Shown in pieces: positions 35,201-50,200 of a stretch of 64,000 bases of DNA. The stretch comes from Phoronis australis (taxonomy: Eukaryota > Animalia > Phoronida): positions 537,464-601,463 of the forward strand of contig NMRA01000085.1 of assembly GCA_002633005.1 (NCBI GenBank). The letters run 5' to 3'. The notes beneath the pieces were generated by a model. That model saw nothing but the letters and a program-made list of their open reading frames with translations, had not been told where the DNA came from and did no database searches. The stretch's first letter is position 1, and the number at the start of each line of letters is the position of its first letter. The translations under genes were made by a program, and so were the position numbers.

Positions 35201-38200
35201 TCCTGGTGAGGTCTCGTTCAGCATCCATTGGCAGAGAGGTCGTCTTGGAAAGCTCCACTGTAACAGCAATACAAACATTGTACCTAAGTGCCTTACTAAG
35301 AACGAATTTGTGAATTTACCTCAACGATGGTAAACAAAGCCTTTAGCAAAGTCTTCAGAAACCTTCATATGTTTGTTTGTATATTATGTTATTACTGGCA
35401 ATAAATGCATTGACAAAAGGTCTGCAGTAAAACAATAATGTGCAAGAAGCAAGATGAATTACGTACAGTGGTGGTCCCTGGGTAAGGACAAACTGGAGGC
35501 TATGTCATCCTTGTCCAAGGGCTTGCTGTGTTTACGTTTGGGACCTTTGAATTTGATGAGGTTACGGAATATCCCCGACTTCTTCTTGTCCCTCATGTCC
35601 CCGTCGGGATCATCCTGACGAACAAAATAGAGCAACTATACATAGCAATAGGCAGAAGCAAGAAAGCCACCAAAATGTTAAAAATTGAGGCTAAGATGAA
35701 ATACATCATGTGAAGCAGGTTGCAAACGAACTTTCAAAAGCAGGCAACAAATCTAGTACCACTTGAGCTTGTACAAAGCAGAGAACAAGGGGTGAAATTA
35801 TTTTACCTAGGCACCGATCCTTGACATGGCAAAGACCACTTATTATGTATTATGGACACAAGAAAAAGATGTGACCAATTTTTTCTAATTGTTCCCAATC
35901 AAGCACAGCAATGCCCCCCTCCCCCCACTCACACCACGGTATCTTATTTACCTTATTTACATCAATCCACACACTGCTGCGTGGACTTTACCTACTCACA
36001 CCAATACCATCAACTGCCCATTTTACATTATCACCTCACTTAAGCCAAGCTACACAGCCGTCACCATTCCTCTCAATTCACATAAACACTCCCCCCAATC
36101 ACCTAGCCTATACTAGTCTCCCCCACTGACCCCAATTCAAAAGCTACTATCCCAATTTACCCAACATCACACCACTCTAGTTACCTTGTCGTTGTACTTT
36201 ACAGTGGCTTTAAACGTCTTTGGTATTGCACCCTGTGATGTGTCCTTCCTGGTGAGGTCAAGGTCGGCAGAGCACTTGCTTTCCCCACTCCCACTCGATG
36301 ACCTGCTGGCAGCACTATCTCTCAACGAGGCTCCCGAGTCACGCACGTTGCTATGGTTATCGCGATCGTCAGCAGCAACTGGAGCATCAGGACTGTGCGA
36401 CTCGGCGTTGCACAAATCACCGAAGCCTGAATCTTCTCTCTGCACATCAACTAGTCCATTAGCGAAGACGTCAGTCTCCGCATTGTCGCCAGACCCGCCA
36501 GCGATGCTATTGGATGGTTGCAAGAGAGCACAGTCACCACCGTCAAACGCTGAGCTAACCAAGAGGTCCTGAGCGCGAGAGTCCCGTTCACCCGCGGTAT
36601 TCACAACATTGTTTTTATCACTATGTAAGGGATCAAAGAGATGCAGGGAAAGACTGGCATCGGTCTCTTCCTGCTTTTTTGTATGAAGAGGATCAAACAG
36701 ACTGAGGGCCTGCGACAGTTCCGAGGCGTCGACGCCAGCCTTCGTCTCCACAGCAGGTGGCTGCGACGTGCTGGAGAAGAAATCTAGGTCATCCATGCTC
36801 GTCGATGTCGGAATGTTGAGAGAGAGGCGGGCAGCGATGGTGTCGGCAAGAAAACCGGTCTGGTCCGAGATGAACTCGCCCTGCGAAGAGGAATGCAAAC
36901 GGTCAACGCTAGCTAAATGTGCAGAACACGTGCTTTGGCAAGATCGCGTGCAACAGGAACTCACTTCATCCATGAAGGCAGGCTCATTTGACTCAACAAA
37001 AACCTCACAGATGGGGGCACAATCTGGCATGTCAGGCTCCCCAGGGGACACCAAAGTGCGACAGCGAACTAGTTGACCCATGGGGAGCGAGCGACGGTTC
37101 CTTGCCGACTCACCGCGCTGCTTTAAGTTGACGCTCGTTGGACTAAGAGGGGCACTAACAAGCGGCTGGGGGGGCAGGGGGAAGGTGGTCGGGCGTTCTA
37201 TACTTCTCAATACTGTCTGTACACGACCTTCAGCATACTTTAAAGAGTCAGAGGCACGCTTGTCGCCAGTGACATAGGTTTCAGCGTTCTCCCTGCTCTG
37301 AAAAGAATTCACTAAGTCGTGTACCGTCGAGCGTGATCGTTGTCGGCCATCTGCATCGCCGTGTCGGTACTGAACCAAGAAGTTATCCTCTAAGCCAGGT
37401 GCCACGTCAGGAACGGCGTCTTCAGGAGAAACGAATTCAGTAGGCATCATGGCCCCGCCCATAGCGCCCTCTGACATTTCATCACCAGCATCTGTAATAT
37501 GAGAACAGAAAACTACTTGTCAAATAACAAGTTTCCATACTTACACCACTCCAAAAGCCCCCACTAGGGAAAAGTCCATAAGGGCTCTTCTGGAAAGAAC
37601 GTTCAAAAAAACTCGTCCCCGATTGCTTTGCATGTCAAGTAGGTGATTGTGCAAAATTTCAATATTTTCTCATGTTTTGATCTTTAAAAGGACAGTCAAA
37701 GAATGTCAATTTGATAACTTCTCAACAGAACGGTTGCCAAGCACCCCTTGTAGTAGCTAAGTCGCTCACAAAGTGAAACCTCCTCTTACAACAAGCCTTA
37801 AAAGTCAAAGACGAGCTGACAGCAATGCAGGTCTCAAAACGAGTTCCCGAAAGAACCCCAGCATTTTCCCCGAAAGACTCTTTTTGGGCACAAAGTTGCT
37901 TTAATAAAATGGTCATTTCTGAAAGAGTTTCTACGGATACTCTTTTGGAAATCCCCGGTAGCCCTCATCATCAAGCAAGGACAAAATACGAGTTAAACGC
38001 CATTTCACAGCTAGACAAGCAAGATAGTCTGTTTCCCTGTCACTGTTATCGCTTGCATTTGTACCATAATTTGATTGGTTGATTTCGCTCTAGTGGAGCT
38101 AAGACTGCTCTCTATCTCAGCACGGTGACTGCACACTTTGTTACAGCGCCTCCTATAGGGAAATGTAGACCTGTGAAATGATGATGAATGATAGGCAATT

Positions 38201-41200
38201 TTGTGTGTGCACCAGAACACGTCTTGGTTTGGACACTTGTGGTATACATATGGTAAGACTATGACCCAGAAAAATTTAGTGAATTAATTTGATTCTTTGT
38301 TTGATGCCTGGTAAGACTGCGTGCACCAAAAAAAAACACGAACTTGTGTGGAATGCATCGATGTGTTCTGCTCTTCAGTTAGCAGTAACCACAAGTGACA
38401 AAACTATTCTCAAGAGACAGAGCTGTGTACACATGCAGTTCTCAACATTAACCAATTGGGATGTTTGAATGTGATTTTCCAACCAATCGGATTGTCCCAA
38501 AGCCACCACTGAGAAGCAATATTACATGACCAATCCGCAGTGCATAAGGAAACAGTGTCAGTTGGCTGCAGTGCCCTTTCTTCACTCACATTTTGGTCAT
38601 TACCCTGATCACCATTACCTGGTTCATCCTGCTCCAGGGTACTCGAGCTAGCTACCAATACTTCATCAGTGTCAAGTTCTGCTAGTCGGTCCGCCTGTCG
38701 TTCACTAGTGTCGCTTGCTAGCACATCTGTGCTCCAGGCTGACTCACTACGAGTCTCAAAGGCTTCTGACACCTAAAATTAACATAATAAATTATAATGC
38801 ACTTATCATGATCTTGGTTGTAACACCATCTTGAAAAAAGGACAATAATTTGGATAATCGTTGCTGGAAGCCAAGATAAGTAAGGTCCATACATAAAGTC
38901 TTGATAACTTGAAATCTAACAACACTATGTGGCAGTCTTTTAAATGACATCATAGCTACATACAGTAAAGTACATGCCAGTAATAATCAGACAAAATGGC
39001 CACGGATTCCACTTGACAATGGCTGAGAGCAAGCGGAATTTACCAACAAAGAAGGTAGAATGGTCCATCATGACGACTCATCACCAGTCGTGACAAGGGA
39101 ACGCTATTTTGTCTGATTGCTTCTGATAAATTAGCCATCCTATCTGTTTACTGTTGATTTCAGTGCACAAGCATTAAGAGAGAAAATTTTAAGAATGGGC
39201 TGAGCTACAACTTCAATTATTGAACAATGCTGTTTAATTGACAGATACCATTTCCTGCACGCAAACATTCAACTTTGGATTTTTGATGTACGCATTTATT
39301 TACAAATTGCCCCAAAAGACATTGATTAGAGGAAAACTATGGCACAAGTTGTAATTTGAGTCTGATCATCCAATACGCCAATCCACCACCAGATGGAGTT
39401 CAGGACAAGGATTGAAACTCACAGTCAAAGTGGCACCTGGGTGAAGATGGTAACAGGAAGGCATCCAACAAGTTGGCTTTTTAAAATTCCGTTTTTACAA
39501 AACTGTTGATTATTGGACAGGATATCTTGAATGAAATGATGCTTTTTTATTAGATAGGATTCAAAATTGTTATTTACAAGGAGAACTGTCCCTACATAAT
39601 GTAGTCCTTAATTATACCCCCAGGTACAGTGTATTGAATTAACAATGAACACGGGAAAAGGAAAACCTAGTCTCTTACAGGTAAATCCAAGACGTTTGCT
39701 TCAGCACCATATACCCTATACCATGGGAAGGCAGGTGACAGGTGAAATTTAATCAACATCAACGTACCTCTCTGATATTCAACAAACTGTTCTGGGTCGA
39801 GTCCTCGATCACCTCCTCAAGTCGTTCCAGCTGACTCGTGTCGGGCGGCTCTGAATCGCTGGCGAGCACATCTGTACTCCACGTGTCACTCACTGTAGAC
39901 TTAGAGTCATCTGCAACCGTATCGGGAAATAAATTTTGAGCGACGTCAAATTTACAAATCATTTGACCAATAGGTACAAAGATCCCAAACTCTCACCACT
40001 AATGTGGCATTAGGTCTCAAATATATTACTACTACGAATACCCAAGAACACAAAGTTGACCAGCATGCTTAAAAAAGACTTACACATGTTTAGCTGTACA
40101 CAAACGGATGCAACTGCTTATCATAAATAGAAGTGTTGAATGACCACAGTTTGTGGCAATAGAATTCATTACAAAAGAAACAACAGTGCGTTGTTTGATG
40201 CATACAATGTGTACAACGGCCAGATGTTTAAAGCAAAACAAAGATGTTACAAATTGTGGTCTTTCTGAAACAAAGCAAGTAGGCAATAATCCATTGAGTT
40301 CAGCTCAAATCCATTAGCATCACCATAGTAACTTCTGTATCAAAGATAATCCCAAGGCAGAGCAATGACACACTTACGTTCCATCTCCGATCGGATATCA
40401 AACTTGCCGAACCTATCAGGTACGTCCTCGCGCCCCGGTCTTTGCACCGTCACGGGCAGATTGGGGTAGACAACGTCAGACCTGGTCTCTCGATCAGGAT
40501 GAGAGTCAGCATGGGAGGACGGTGTGTCCCTGCCGCTGATATTGGGTGTGCCCCGCCCACTAACATTGGCCGACACCATGTCTGTCAGAAAAATGCATTC
40601 CCTTATTCAATGACAGCTTTAGTTTTGTGATATCAATTATTTTTTAATTTCCAGTTGTTTTTTGTTAATCAGAGTAGACAATTTCCCTCTTTTACAAGCC
40701 ACAAGAGCATTTTAATCAATTGTATTCTTTTCTCATCAAGAAATTCTGATCTTGTATTCTGTTGTCAACACTAATACGCTAAGCTAAAAGTGTTACGCAA
40801 TGTAAACAAAGCACACTTTCAATTTTAACGAGGCCTGCTACTCATCATACCTCGTTCCTCACCTGACAGACTCTCGTCATCGTCCTCCAAATTGACGGAG
40901 CCGATGGAGCGGACCGATGCTGCCTCCGAGATGGCCTCCGGATAGTCACTTGTGCCCCCTATGGACTCCTGGTCATGGGAGACCGAAAATCGAGTCCGCT
41001 TCTCAATGATTTCGTTGGGCACACTTCGCTGGCCACGGTCCTGCTGTTCCAAGTTCAGCACCTGAAAAACGTACGTCGTCAATGACACGAAAGATTTAGA
41101 GGACTCTGATCATCCTGGCAGTCTTATGACATGAAGCGAAAATTACATTACTCCTGCTGTGAAATTGGACAGGATGGAATTCAGCCTTTCCAAAATTGCT

Positions 41201-44200
41201 ATCGCAAGTACTAGCATCAATTAATTACGTATCTATGCGTGATTTTAATGTCCACATTGGCGCGAGCTTGAGCAGTTCGTAATGCAGATATTTATACACA
41301 AAAGTGTTGAGTCATACTTGCCGTAAATGGGTAATTTTGGTAGAACACAAACTATCATAAAAAGATTTATATGAAATTCTATACAATCATATCAATGCCA
41401 TGATATAAATTGTTGATAATAATGCAATTTTACCAGCTGATATAACTTTCATGCAAGGTCTATCATCAATCATAATAATTTATGATGTATTGTTATCACT
41501 GAGTAATGATAAATGATCACCAGAGGAATTCCATGAAAGACGTATGAATGATGATCATTTATCATTAGCCTGATATGAATTCATACCAACCAAAATGGAG
41601 GTGTACAGCAACGTGACTGAACGACAGGTTGCAAATGAGTGCTGGTCCACAGGTGGCCCAGAATACACAGTCACACTTCAGTGACCTCAATGCACACCAA
41701 CTGTTATTCTAATGTAGGCCCAGAATACACAGTCACACTTCAGTGACCTCCATGCACACCAACTGTTATTCTAATGTAGAAATTCATCACACAAGTCTAA
41801 GCATTTAGCCAAGTATCTACAGTACAAAGCTGCAGAAATCAACTTTGTTGTGACGGAAAACCTAAAAACTTTGATTTTTACCTTTTTCATAATCATACTT
41901 ATTTCACATTACTTAGGTCACATGACCATGACTTTTCAGTAACCAGAAAAGCACATCCACATCATAATGACAGTATCAATGATCAGGCCAAATTCGATCA
42001 CATTTAACACTTCGAGAGGAAAGCCCAATCTCACTTTGTTTCCTTTCATGCAATTTTAGAGCCTTTCGTGAAAATCATGAACTCCTACTTTGATAGTCAC
42101 CCAAACCAAAAGTGGAACGTTTTAAAACAATGCCTAACACTGTTTTGGCTTGGTCAAATTTTTCTAAGGTCGGACATAACCTTAATGTGCTTTTCAGGAT
42201 TCCTGTGGACCTGTCAGTTTTTAAAATTTTGGAGGAAAGCAAATTTCATTGAATGTACAAGCACTAATTCGATGAAGACATTACCATCCCAAAATTCGCC
42301 ACGACCAAATAATTAACATAAAACTATAGTTCTCATACTATCTTTCGATGCATCACTGCCAAAATACAATATTTTTTACCACGAATTTTAATATTAAATA
42401 ATTTTTGTCTTCATGAATGATTTTAGTCATTAAATCTTTTTTTAATTATAAAAGTTGGGAATTGCAACAAATATACATAAAATATTGTGCTATTCTCATG
42501 TACCATATGACTGAACACCTACTTAATGTGTGAAAGAGCGAAACAGAGTCATACCTTCTCCTCAGGGGTCAAACCAGGGCAGTCTCCCACAGTCTCTATG
42601 GCGATGACCAGTACGTCTTCCTCGACACTTAGCCCCTCCCCTACATCCAATTGGGCCTGGATAACCTCCTCCGGTGACACCATCGACTTCTTCTTCACGC
42701 CTGAAGGGGGAGGTAGCGTGGTGATAATGGGTTGAAGGCACTTATGGACAGCAATGCTTAGCAATGACATGGTTACCTCGGTAACAATATTAAAAACAAG
42801 CAACCCTAGAACATGTTTTCTTCTAAAGAAATGTATTTACAATCGTCTACATGGCCATTCAAATTAAAAAAAAATCTTCTTATACTGAAATTTATCATAG
42901 TTTAAAACAAAAATTTATCAAAAAAACGCTCTTCTAACTGGATACTTGATATATGACGTTTTCTTCAGCTTAGATTCTGAGCAGACAGGTATTTTTAGAC
43001 AATTTCTTACCGGTCCTTCATTCAACTATGCCTACATCACGTCCAAACGGTTTTGACGAGATTCAAGTCTTTTGAAACTAGATGCAACACAGTACTTCCA
43101 CCTGAGCAAACTAGTAAACAATGTCAAAGGTCACAGTGATGAAAGCCGTCTGCATTTTAGGTTTGGCCTGATAAGCCACAAGGCATCTCTTGGTACGTCT
43201 GCTTTCCAATGTGAACATTAATTTTCTTTCATCTGTTTATGACGACCAGTCCATCAGCACAGAGCCACGCCCACTGACACTTACCTTTCCTTTTGTGACG
43301 TGTGGGTGGAGTAGAAGGGGGCGTGCCATTGGGTGTGGCAGTGTCCATGTGTGAAGCAGCAGAAGTAGGCACAGCTGGCAGATCAGCCATGAGCTCTTCC
43401 AACAGTTTCTTATCGCTGTGTCCATCTGGCAAGATTGACATGACGTGACGAAAAAATGCCACCTGTTGGAAGTTGTCAACATTAAATTCAATTAGCAAAC
43501 AACATTTATAATGAAAAAGCATCACAAAATCTACTATGACAGAAGTCAGCTTTGAAGAACACATAATAGTTTTGATGTCTATGACTACTTTCAAACTTTG
43601 GTCAGAGGACACAGGGGACCATTAACAAACTCGAAAAGGGCCAACAGGGGGTGTTGACCATATACTGAAGCGCTACCTATCTAACATAGACTGAACACGA
43701 TGACAACCAATTATTTTCAAAGATAAACACCAAACCCTTGATTCTAATGAACTACCGGCACTGCCGTGATTTCATTCTCCCCAAAACAATTTGTTTCTAG
43801 TTTTCATTTCCAGTCATTGCACACAACGTATCTCAGTTTGGGGTGTATATTTTGTTCTTTCACATCCAATACTAGATCACCAAGTTAATGGTAATTCATT
43901 TACACCGGACAAAAATAACAATTCCCAAATGTTTCATTTTCCATATTTTAAGACCGATTACTTAACTACAAATAATGGAAAAGTTGCCTTATGACACCTA
44001 CACAGAGCAACCTTAATCTTTATTTTCGTTGGGAAATTTGGTAAAAAAGAATTCCACTTGTCGGCCATATTGTGATCTAAAGAAGAAAAAGCACAACAAT
44101 GAGAACTCAGTGAGAATTTTATGAACAAATTAGTGTGAACAATTTGCTCTCACCAAAGATGACAGCTCCGATGGGGTGATGAGTACAGCTGACCTTGTGA

Positions 44201-47200
44201 GGCCATGAATGGCTTGGCCCTGACGTGGAATCTTCTCCGACGCGTTCTGCAGCATCGTGTCCAGCAGTGATGACATGCAGTGCTGCAGACATAATAGTAA
44301 TTATAATTATAATACTAATTATAATGGTAATGATTAATACTAAAGTATACGATTACGTATCGCTAGTAACAATACTCATCACAATAATTGTAATAAAAAA
44401 ATACAAAATACTATTAATGATAATGGTAACAATTTAATAAATTCTGGATCTGGCATAATTCTTCATGATCCTTGTTCATTCTCTACAGCTTACCCAAGAT
44501 GTGTGTACCACAGGTTACAATGAAATAACATTTAGTTATCACAGATACGACGCGTTCCTTGAACAATGGCGAAAAAAAACGGACAATTACGATGGTCATA
44601 AAACGAGTTATTTGTTCTATGTTTCTATTATCGTATCTGGATATATTTAGTAAGGGTGCAACAATAAATCAAATTGTAATCGATTCAGGATGTGAAGGCA
44701 ACCAATTAGACATAACAATATGTTGAGGCCCGTCTCGATAAGATACTTAATTTCCAATTTACGACTTGTTTGCACCTTATGAATAGAGTACTTGAACAAA
44801 TAAGGAGATCGTGATTGTTTATCATTTAGAAACTTATAATTTCCTGGCTAAAGTTAGAACAAGTGGCAAGTCAACTACTTATGTTTTAAAGAATATGAAG
44901 TAATTTGATAAACAAGAATAGAGTTGAAAATAATATCATTCATACATAAGAATCAAATTCCTAACAATGTATAATGTCTGACCCCTTGTACTCAAGTCCA
45001 AGCACCTATACTTGAAGCTGTGCCTATACGGGGAAGTAGGTGCATGGAAAATGGATATGCGAACCATAAACACACTTGAAAGTGATGCTCGAGTTATACG
45101 TAGGTGCATATACTTTTTAAAACTCTCAACATTTTGATAAGCGGGATGTAGTGAAGAACTTTGCAAATATTATATTCTTAGATAATGTGTCCAGAAGGGA
45201 TTCCATCTACATGGATTTGGTGTACAACTTGAACAAGTAGTTTTTCAGTTGAAAATTGTTGGAATTTGAAAAACTTAAATTGTACTGTTTAAGTAAATCT
45301 ATCATTACTTGGCGGAATTCTTCCGCCAAGTATGTTGCTCTGACAGCAAGTTTTTTTTTTTTTTTTTTTTTTTTTNNNNNNNNNNNNNNNNNNNNNNNNN
45401 NNNNNNNNNNNNNNNNNNNNNNNNNNNNNNNNNNNNNNNNNNNNNNNNNNNNNNNNNNNNNNNNNNNNNNNNNNNNNNNNNNNNNNNNNNNNNNNNNNNN
45501 NNNNNNNNNNNNNNNNNNNNNNNNNNNNNNNNNNNNNNNNNNNNNNNNNNNNNNNNNNNNNNNNNNNNNNNNNNNNNNNNNNNNNNNNNNNNNNNNNNNN
45601 NNNNNNNNNNNNNNNNNNNNNNNNNNNNNNNNNNNNNNNNNNNNNNNNNNNNNNNNNNNNNNNNNNNNNNNNNNNNNNNNNNNNNNNNNNNNNNNNNNNN
45701 NNNNNNNNNNNNNNNNNNNNNNNNNNNNNNNNNNNNNNNNNNNNNNNNNNNNNNNNNNNNNNNNNNNNNNNNNNNNNNNNNNNNNNNNNNNNNNNNNNNN
45801 NNNNNNNNNNNNNNNNNNNNNNNNNNNNNNNNNNNNNNNNNNNNNNNNNNNNNNNNNNNNNNNNNNNNNNNATTTTCAGTTTGCGCTACGACGTCTACTT
45901 TTTGAATTATTCGAGATTTTCGGATACCGTTGTTACAATTCGGTCACGCAGCTGGCTGGCTTTGTTTTGGTTATGCCTAGTTGACCCAGACTGACCCAGC
46001 CAGCACTGTTCTACTGTGGCATAGCTCACTGTAGACTGTACAATTCCAGGGCAAATACTTAACTTTGCTTTGCAGACTGTCACATAGCGCCACCTATTTT
46101 AGAATGTGGGAACAGACATGACTCGTCCGTCATGCTGGGCCATCTATTGTTCTTTATTGTAGTTGATTGTCTGCTCTCTATTTGATTTCTTCGCTAGTCA
46201 CATGAATGTTATTGTGTTATCGTCTTATTTATAATTGCCGCCGTGATCGTCTTGTTTCTTTGATTTCGACCTATTCAGGTCTTTTCAATAAATAATGTAA
46301 TAACTGTCATGTCCTTTATAAATATGAAAACATTAAAATCAAATTTGTTAGCTGTTATTCCTGCTAGTTATACAAGTTCACAAGTAAACATTCCATAACA
46401 CAAAATGAGCTTATGTAAGTTACAATTCAGGAATGCAGTCAAATCAAGCCCTAGAAAATTATTGAGCACTGGCAAAATTAGCTTATTGACTATGCATGTT
46501 TCTGTGTGCTCAGCAAGGTATACCTTTGTACAAAGGACACCGACCTTAACACCTGAAAGCAAAACTTTGGCATTTTAGCCAATAAGTGAAATATTTGAGT
46601 ACAAACACTTTTCTTGGAAAAAATGCATTATTTCGAATTTTGGCACATGAACCTAAATATGATTGTGAGCATATATCCAGTATTTGTTAATAAAATTCTT
46701 AACGATGCCTGAATATAAGTCACAGAAATTACACATTGGAGGACATGTATCTACCGTATCAGACCCAACAAAGCTAGATCACAGACAAGTACCAGTAAGT
46801 AGACAGTTTAAAAAATTGTAACTACTAGGTAAACAGCTTACAGCGAGGCACTCTTTCGTCACTAGGTGGCACTAACAAAGAAAGGGCCTTCTCTTTAACA
46901 TATGTTATACATTATATTGCGCCCGTCTGAATCCAAGAATGCCGTGTTATTAGTTTATTACCCAAACACAGACATTTTTATGGGTATGTGCCTTGCGCCA
47001 CTAACGCCACCTATTGAATTTCAAGTTCCCTATTCACGTTAAAAATTCTCCAATTTGATGCACTGAAAAATTATATTACTCAAGGTTGTACCTTTTCCCA
47101 AACTAGAAATAGGCAATATTGGTCGTCCAAATTCAAGAATCACCGGAAAGAAGGCAAAATTACCCAGATCGAAAAACACATTGTCTGGAAATTGAGAAAT

Positions 47201-50200
47201 ATGGTGAGCGCAAAAATCTCCTATTTCTAAACTACAGAATCAAAAAAATTCAATTTTCTGGGAGATTCCGTGTCCCAAGTTCTACAGACTGTCCCAAATT
47301 GGAGGATCTTTGCCATAGGATAAACTATGTGAGAGTGAAACCTTTGGAAAACACAAGTCAATGTATAATAGGTAAGAATATTAGGAGATGGTTTGCTGAA
47401 TACACTGAAATTAAAATCATACTGATGAATACACTCTTTCACAGTGCTATGAAAGGTACCACTGTGAAGTGTTGTTTAACATAGCTTCTTCTCATTGGTT
47501 AAAGTTAATGAAACTGAAGTCATAACATTCAATCATTCTCATTGGTTGAAATCTGGGAAACCCCTTTCAGTTTACTGTTACATACCCTATGGCAACCACC
47601 TTTGAGTTGCGATTTATTAAAAACGGGCAGAGATCAGACTAAATAAAATCAAGGAAACCCGATCCAGTGGCTTAAGCCCAAACAAGCACAGTGCATAGGT
47701 ATGTGCAAATGTTGGCAATGTGATCGATAAACTTCCAACCAAGCATGCGTAATAATGCCCACAAACGGAACTCCGTGTGTCGTTCATCATGTTTCCACAC
47801 GGCCACTTTTCAGTATAGGTGGCGCTGTGTCAGAGGGAAACAGATGAAGTCCTCAACACAAAAAAATAATTCAATAATTTACTGAGAATTTCCATTGTGT
47901 TTTGAAATAATACAAGGTAGAAATTTAAAATTCACAACTAAAATGACACTACCACAAAAATCTAAGTCAGTCTCTACTACACAGCACCGAATGAGTGAAG
48001 TCAAAACTTCTGAAGTTCGCACTCACGAATCTAGTCTCAGCAACCAAAAGTATATTTCTTAAAGGAAAGAGATTGTAGAATTTGACTTTTTGCTAAATCT
48101 GTCTTTAATTAATCTTAATCTTATAGTAAAATTTAGCAAAAAAGATACATTGATAGCAAACCAACAATATCAAGATCATGAAATTTCATTTGATGTAAAT
48201 ATTCAAGATGAAATCTCAAATTCTAGCTTTCTAAACTGTCATTTTGTTCTCCCTTTATGCAACTTTGTTTTTTTGGAAAATCATAAAAATCCTGTTTTTG
48301 ATAGTTCTTCATGCAAAAGTCGAACATTTAAAAACAGTTCATAACAGCATAAAGCATAATATCTGAAAATTTCATCCGAGTCAGTTCAGCCATTTCTGAG
48401 ATACGACGTTCCGAAGTTAACCAAATATGGACGTTTTTCCTAGAGTTCTCGGTTACCTTAAAGTTGTCACTCTATGTGGTTCTAAAACACCTCATTTCTA
48501 TCTACATGCCCATACCCTAGCTTTACAGATCAATCCAAATATAGAATGATGACTTTCTAGCAATCTGAGTCAACCAAAGGCCAACCAATTCTGACTCATT
48601 CAGAAATCAGGAAATGGAAATTCCTGTCAAAGTGATCTCGTTCTACCAGGAGACAAAGGCAACATGTACTACCATGATGGGCGAACTATGAAAGAAATCA
48701 AACTACCGTACCATGGCTGCTTCGAGATAAGATATGAACAAATCTGACATTCACTGTAACTATACAACTCAGCACATTCAACTACAAGTTTCGAATCCCA
48801 AATGTAGTGGACCATACAAATCAAGATACAAATCTGTGCAATAACATACTTTGAGTATGACATCATTTTTCGTTTGTTTCATCAAGAACTTTTTTACACA
48901 GGCATAAGAAGTTGTGCAGCATTTAAATTTGGATGTCTGGGATATTTTCATCATCTTCAGATTTTTCTAAAGGCTTTATGTGTGATCTAACTGAACAGGG
49001 AACTTTAACTAAGAATTACAGAAAACAATGTCATAGAAAAACAGATAACTAGTATTCGAATTCTAAGGGTCGTATTAATGAGGCTTTATTGCCGTCATAT
49101 AGAAAAATAAGTGACCAGCAGGTGGATTTAGAAAACATTGGCTGAAAATAAAATAAGGCCAGAACTTAAACTCGCAGAGTCAAGTGCTGAACTGAAAACA
49201 ATACCAGTTGATAAATGTAATTTAGATTGTCAGCCTTCCTAAAAATTCAAGATTAAAACTATCGCAAAACATGTAGACTTACTGTCTCTCACAGTTCAAG
49301 TGAAATAAAACACGGTGTACAACAAACCACGTTGATAAAATTTTTATGAAACTGTCATATCGTAAATACTTTGATTTATGTGTAACAAAAGCATATCAGT
49401 TGAAATTTTTATGCATGTGAATACCACATTCCCTACGACAGAAAATACATTTAACAAGATGGGAATTGCAAAATTTGTGTACGTGTTCATACTAACGGGG
49501 TTTGTACGTCGAGCCTCAGAATAAGTACACTAAACTAGTGCCAAATGTGCAAAATGTCACAATTTGCTGAAGGAATAACTAAATCTACCGGGTGCTCAAA
49601 CCATTACATTGTTTTTTAAACTCAACACAAGTGAGTCAAACTAGCCACAACAAAGTTCAAAACTCGTTGCTAAGACAACCCAATCCAGGTTGCGGAAACA
49701 CTGGAATACTGTAGTTAAAACAGGTTAAACATTCAGTAAAAAATACGAGACAACATAAATTTATTTGGATTGATTTTGGCACCGATTATCCATTAAATGT
49801 CGTCCTCGGATATGTATCAAAATATTAGGACTAGTTTCACAGTTTGAAACTGATACCGATACTGTAAATTCGACACTGACAACCCTGCAACACCGATCCC
49901 AAAGATGAGAAACATCCATACCGAAGACAAAATCTGTAAAACGAGTAGCAGCTGGACTATTTTTTCATGTGATTATTCCGACGCTCATATTGACGAGAAC
50001 CAGCAACTTCACAGTAGTGACCTACTACCAGTTGTGGACATCAGTTTGGAGATGGACTTCAGCAACAGGGAAACACTCAACATACAGCTGTTTAAGTGTT
50101 GCAAGAACACAGAAGCGACTTACGTTCTAATTTCGGTAAGTTGACAGGAACGAAATGCAACTTCTTTCATTCATGGACATTTTGATTTGAGACTTCGGAT

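Noticed and set aside
36186-37277. Plus-strand ORFs over the large GAPVD1 exon (also 34085-34498 and 52071-52999)
   Set aside because: They are antisense shadows of GC-richer coding sequence with no independent motifs.
45256-45984. 242-aa and 198-aa ORFs
   Set aside because: They consist almost entirely of N-gap codons.
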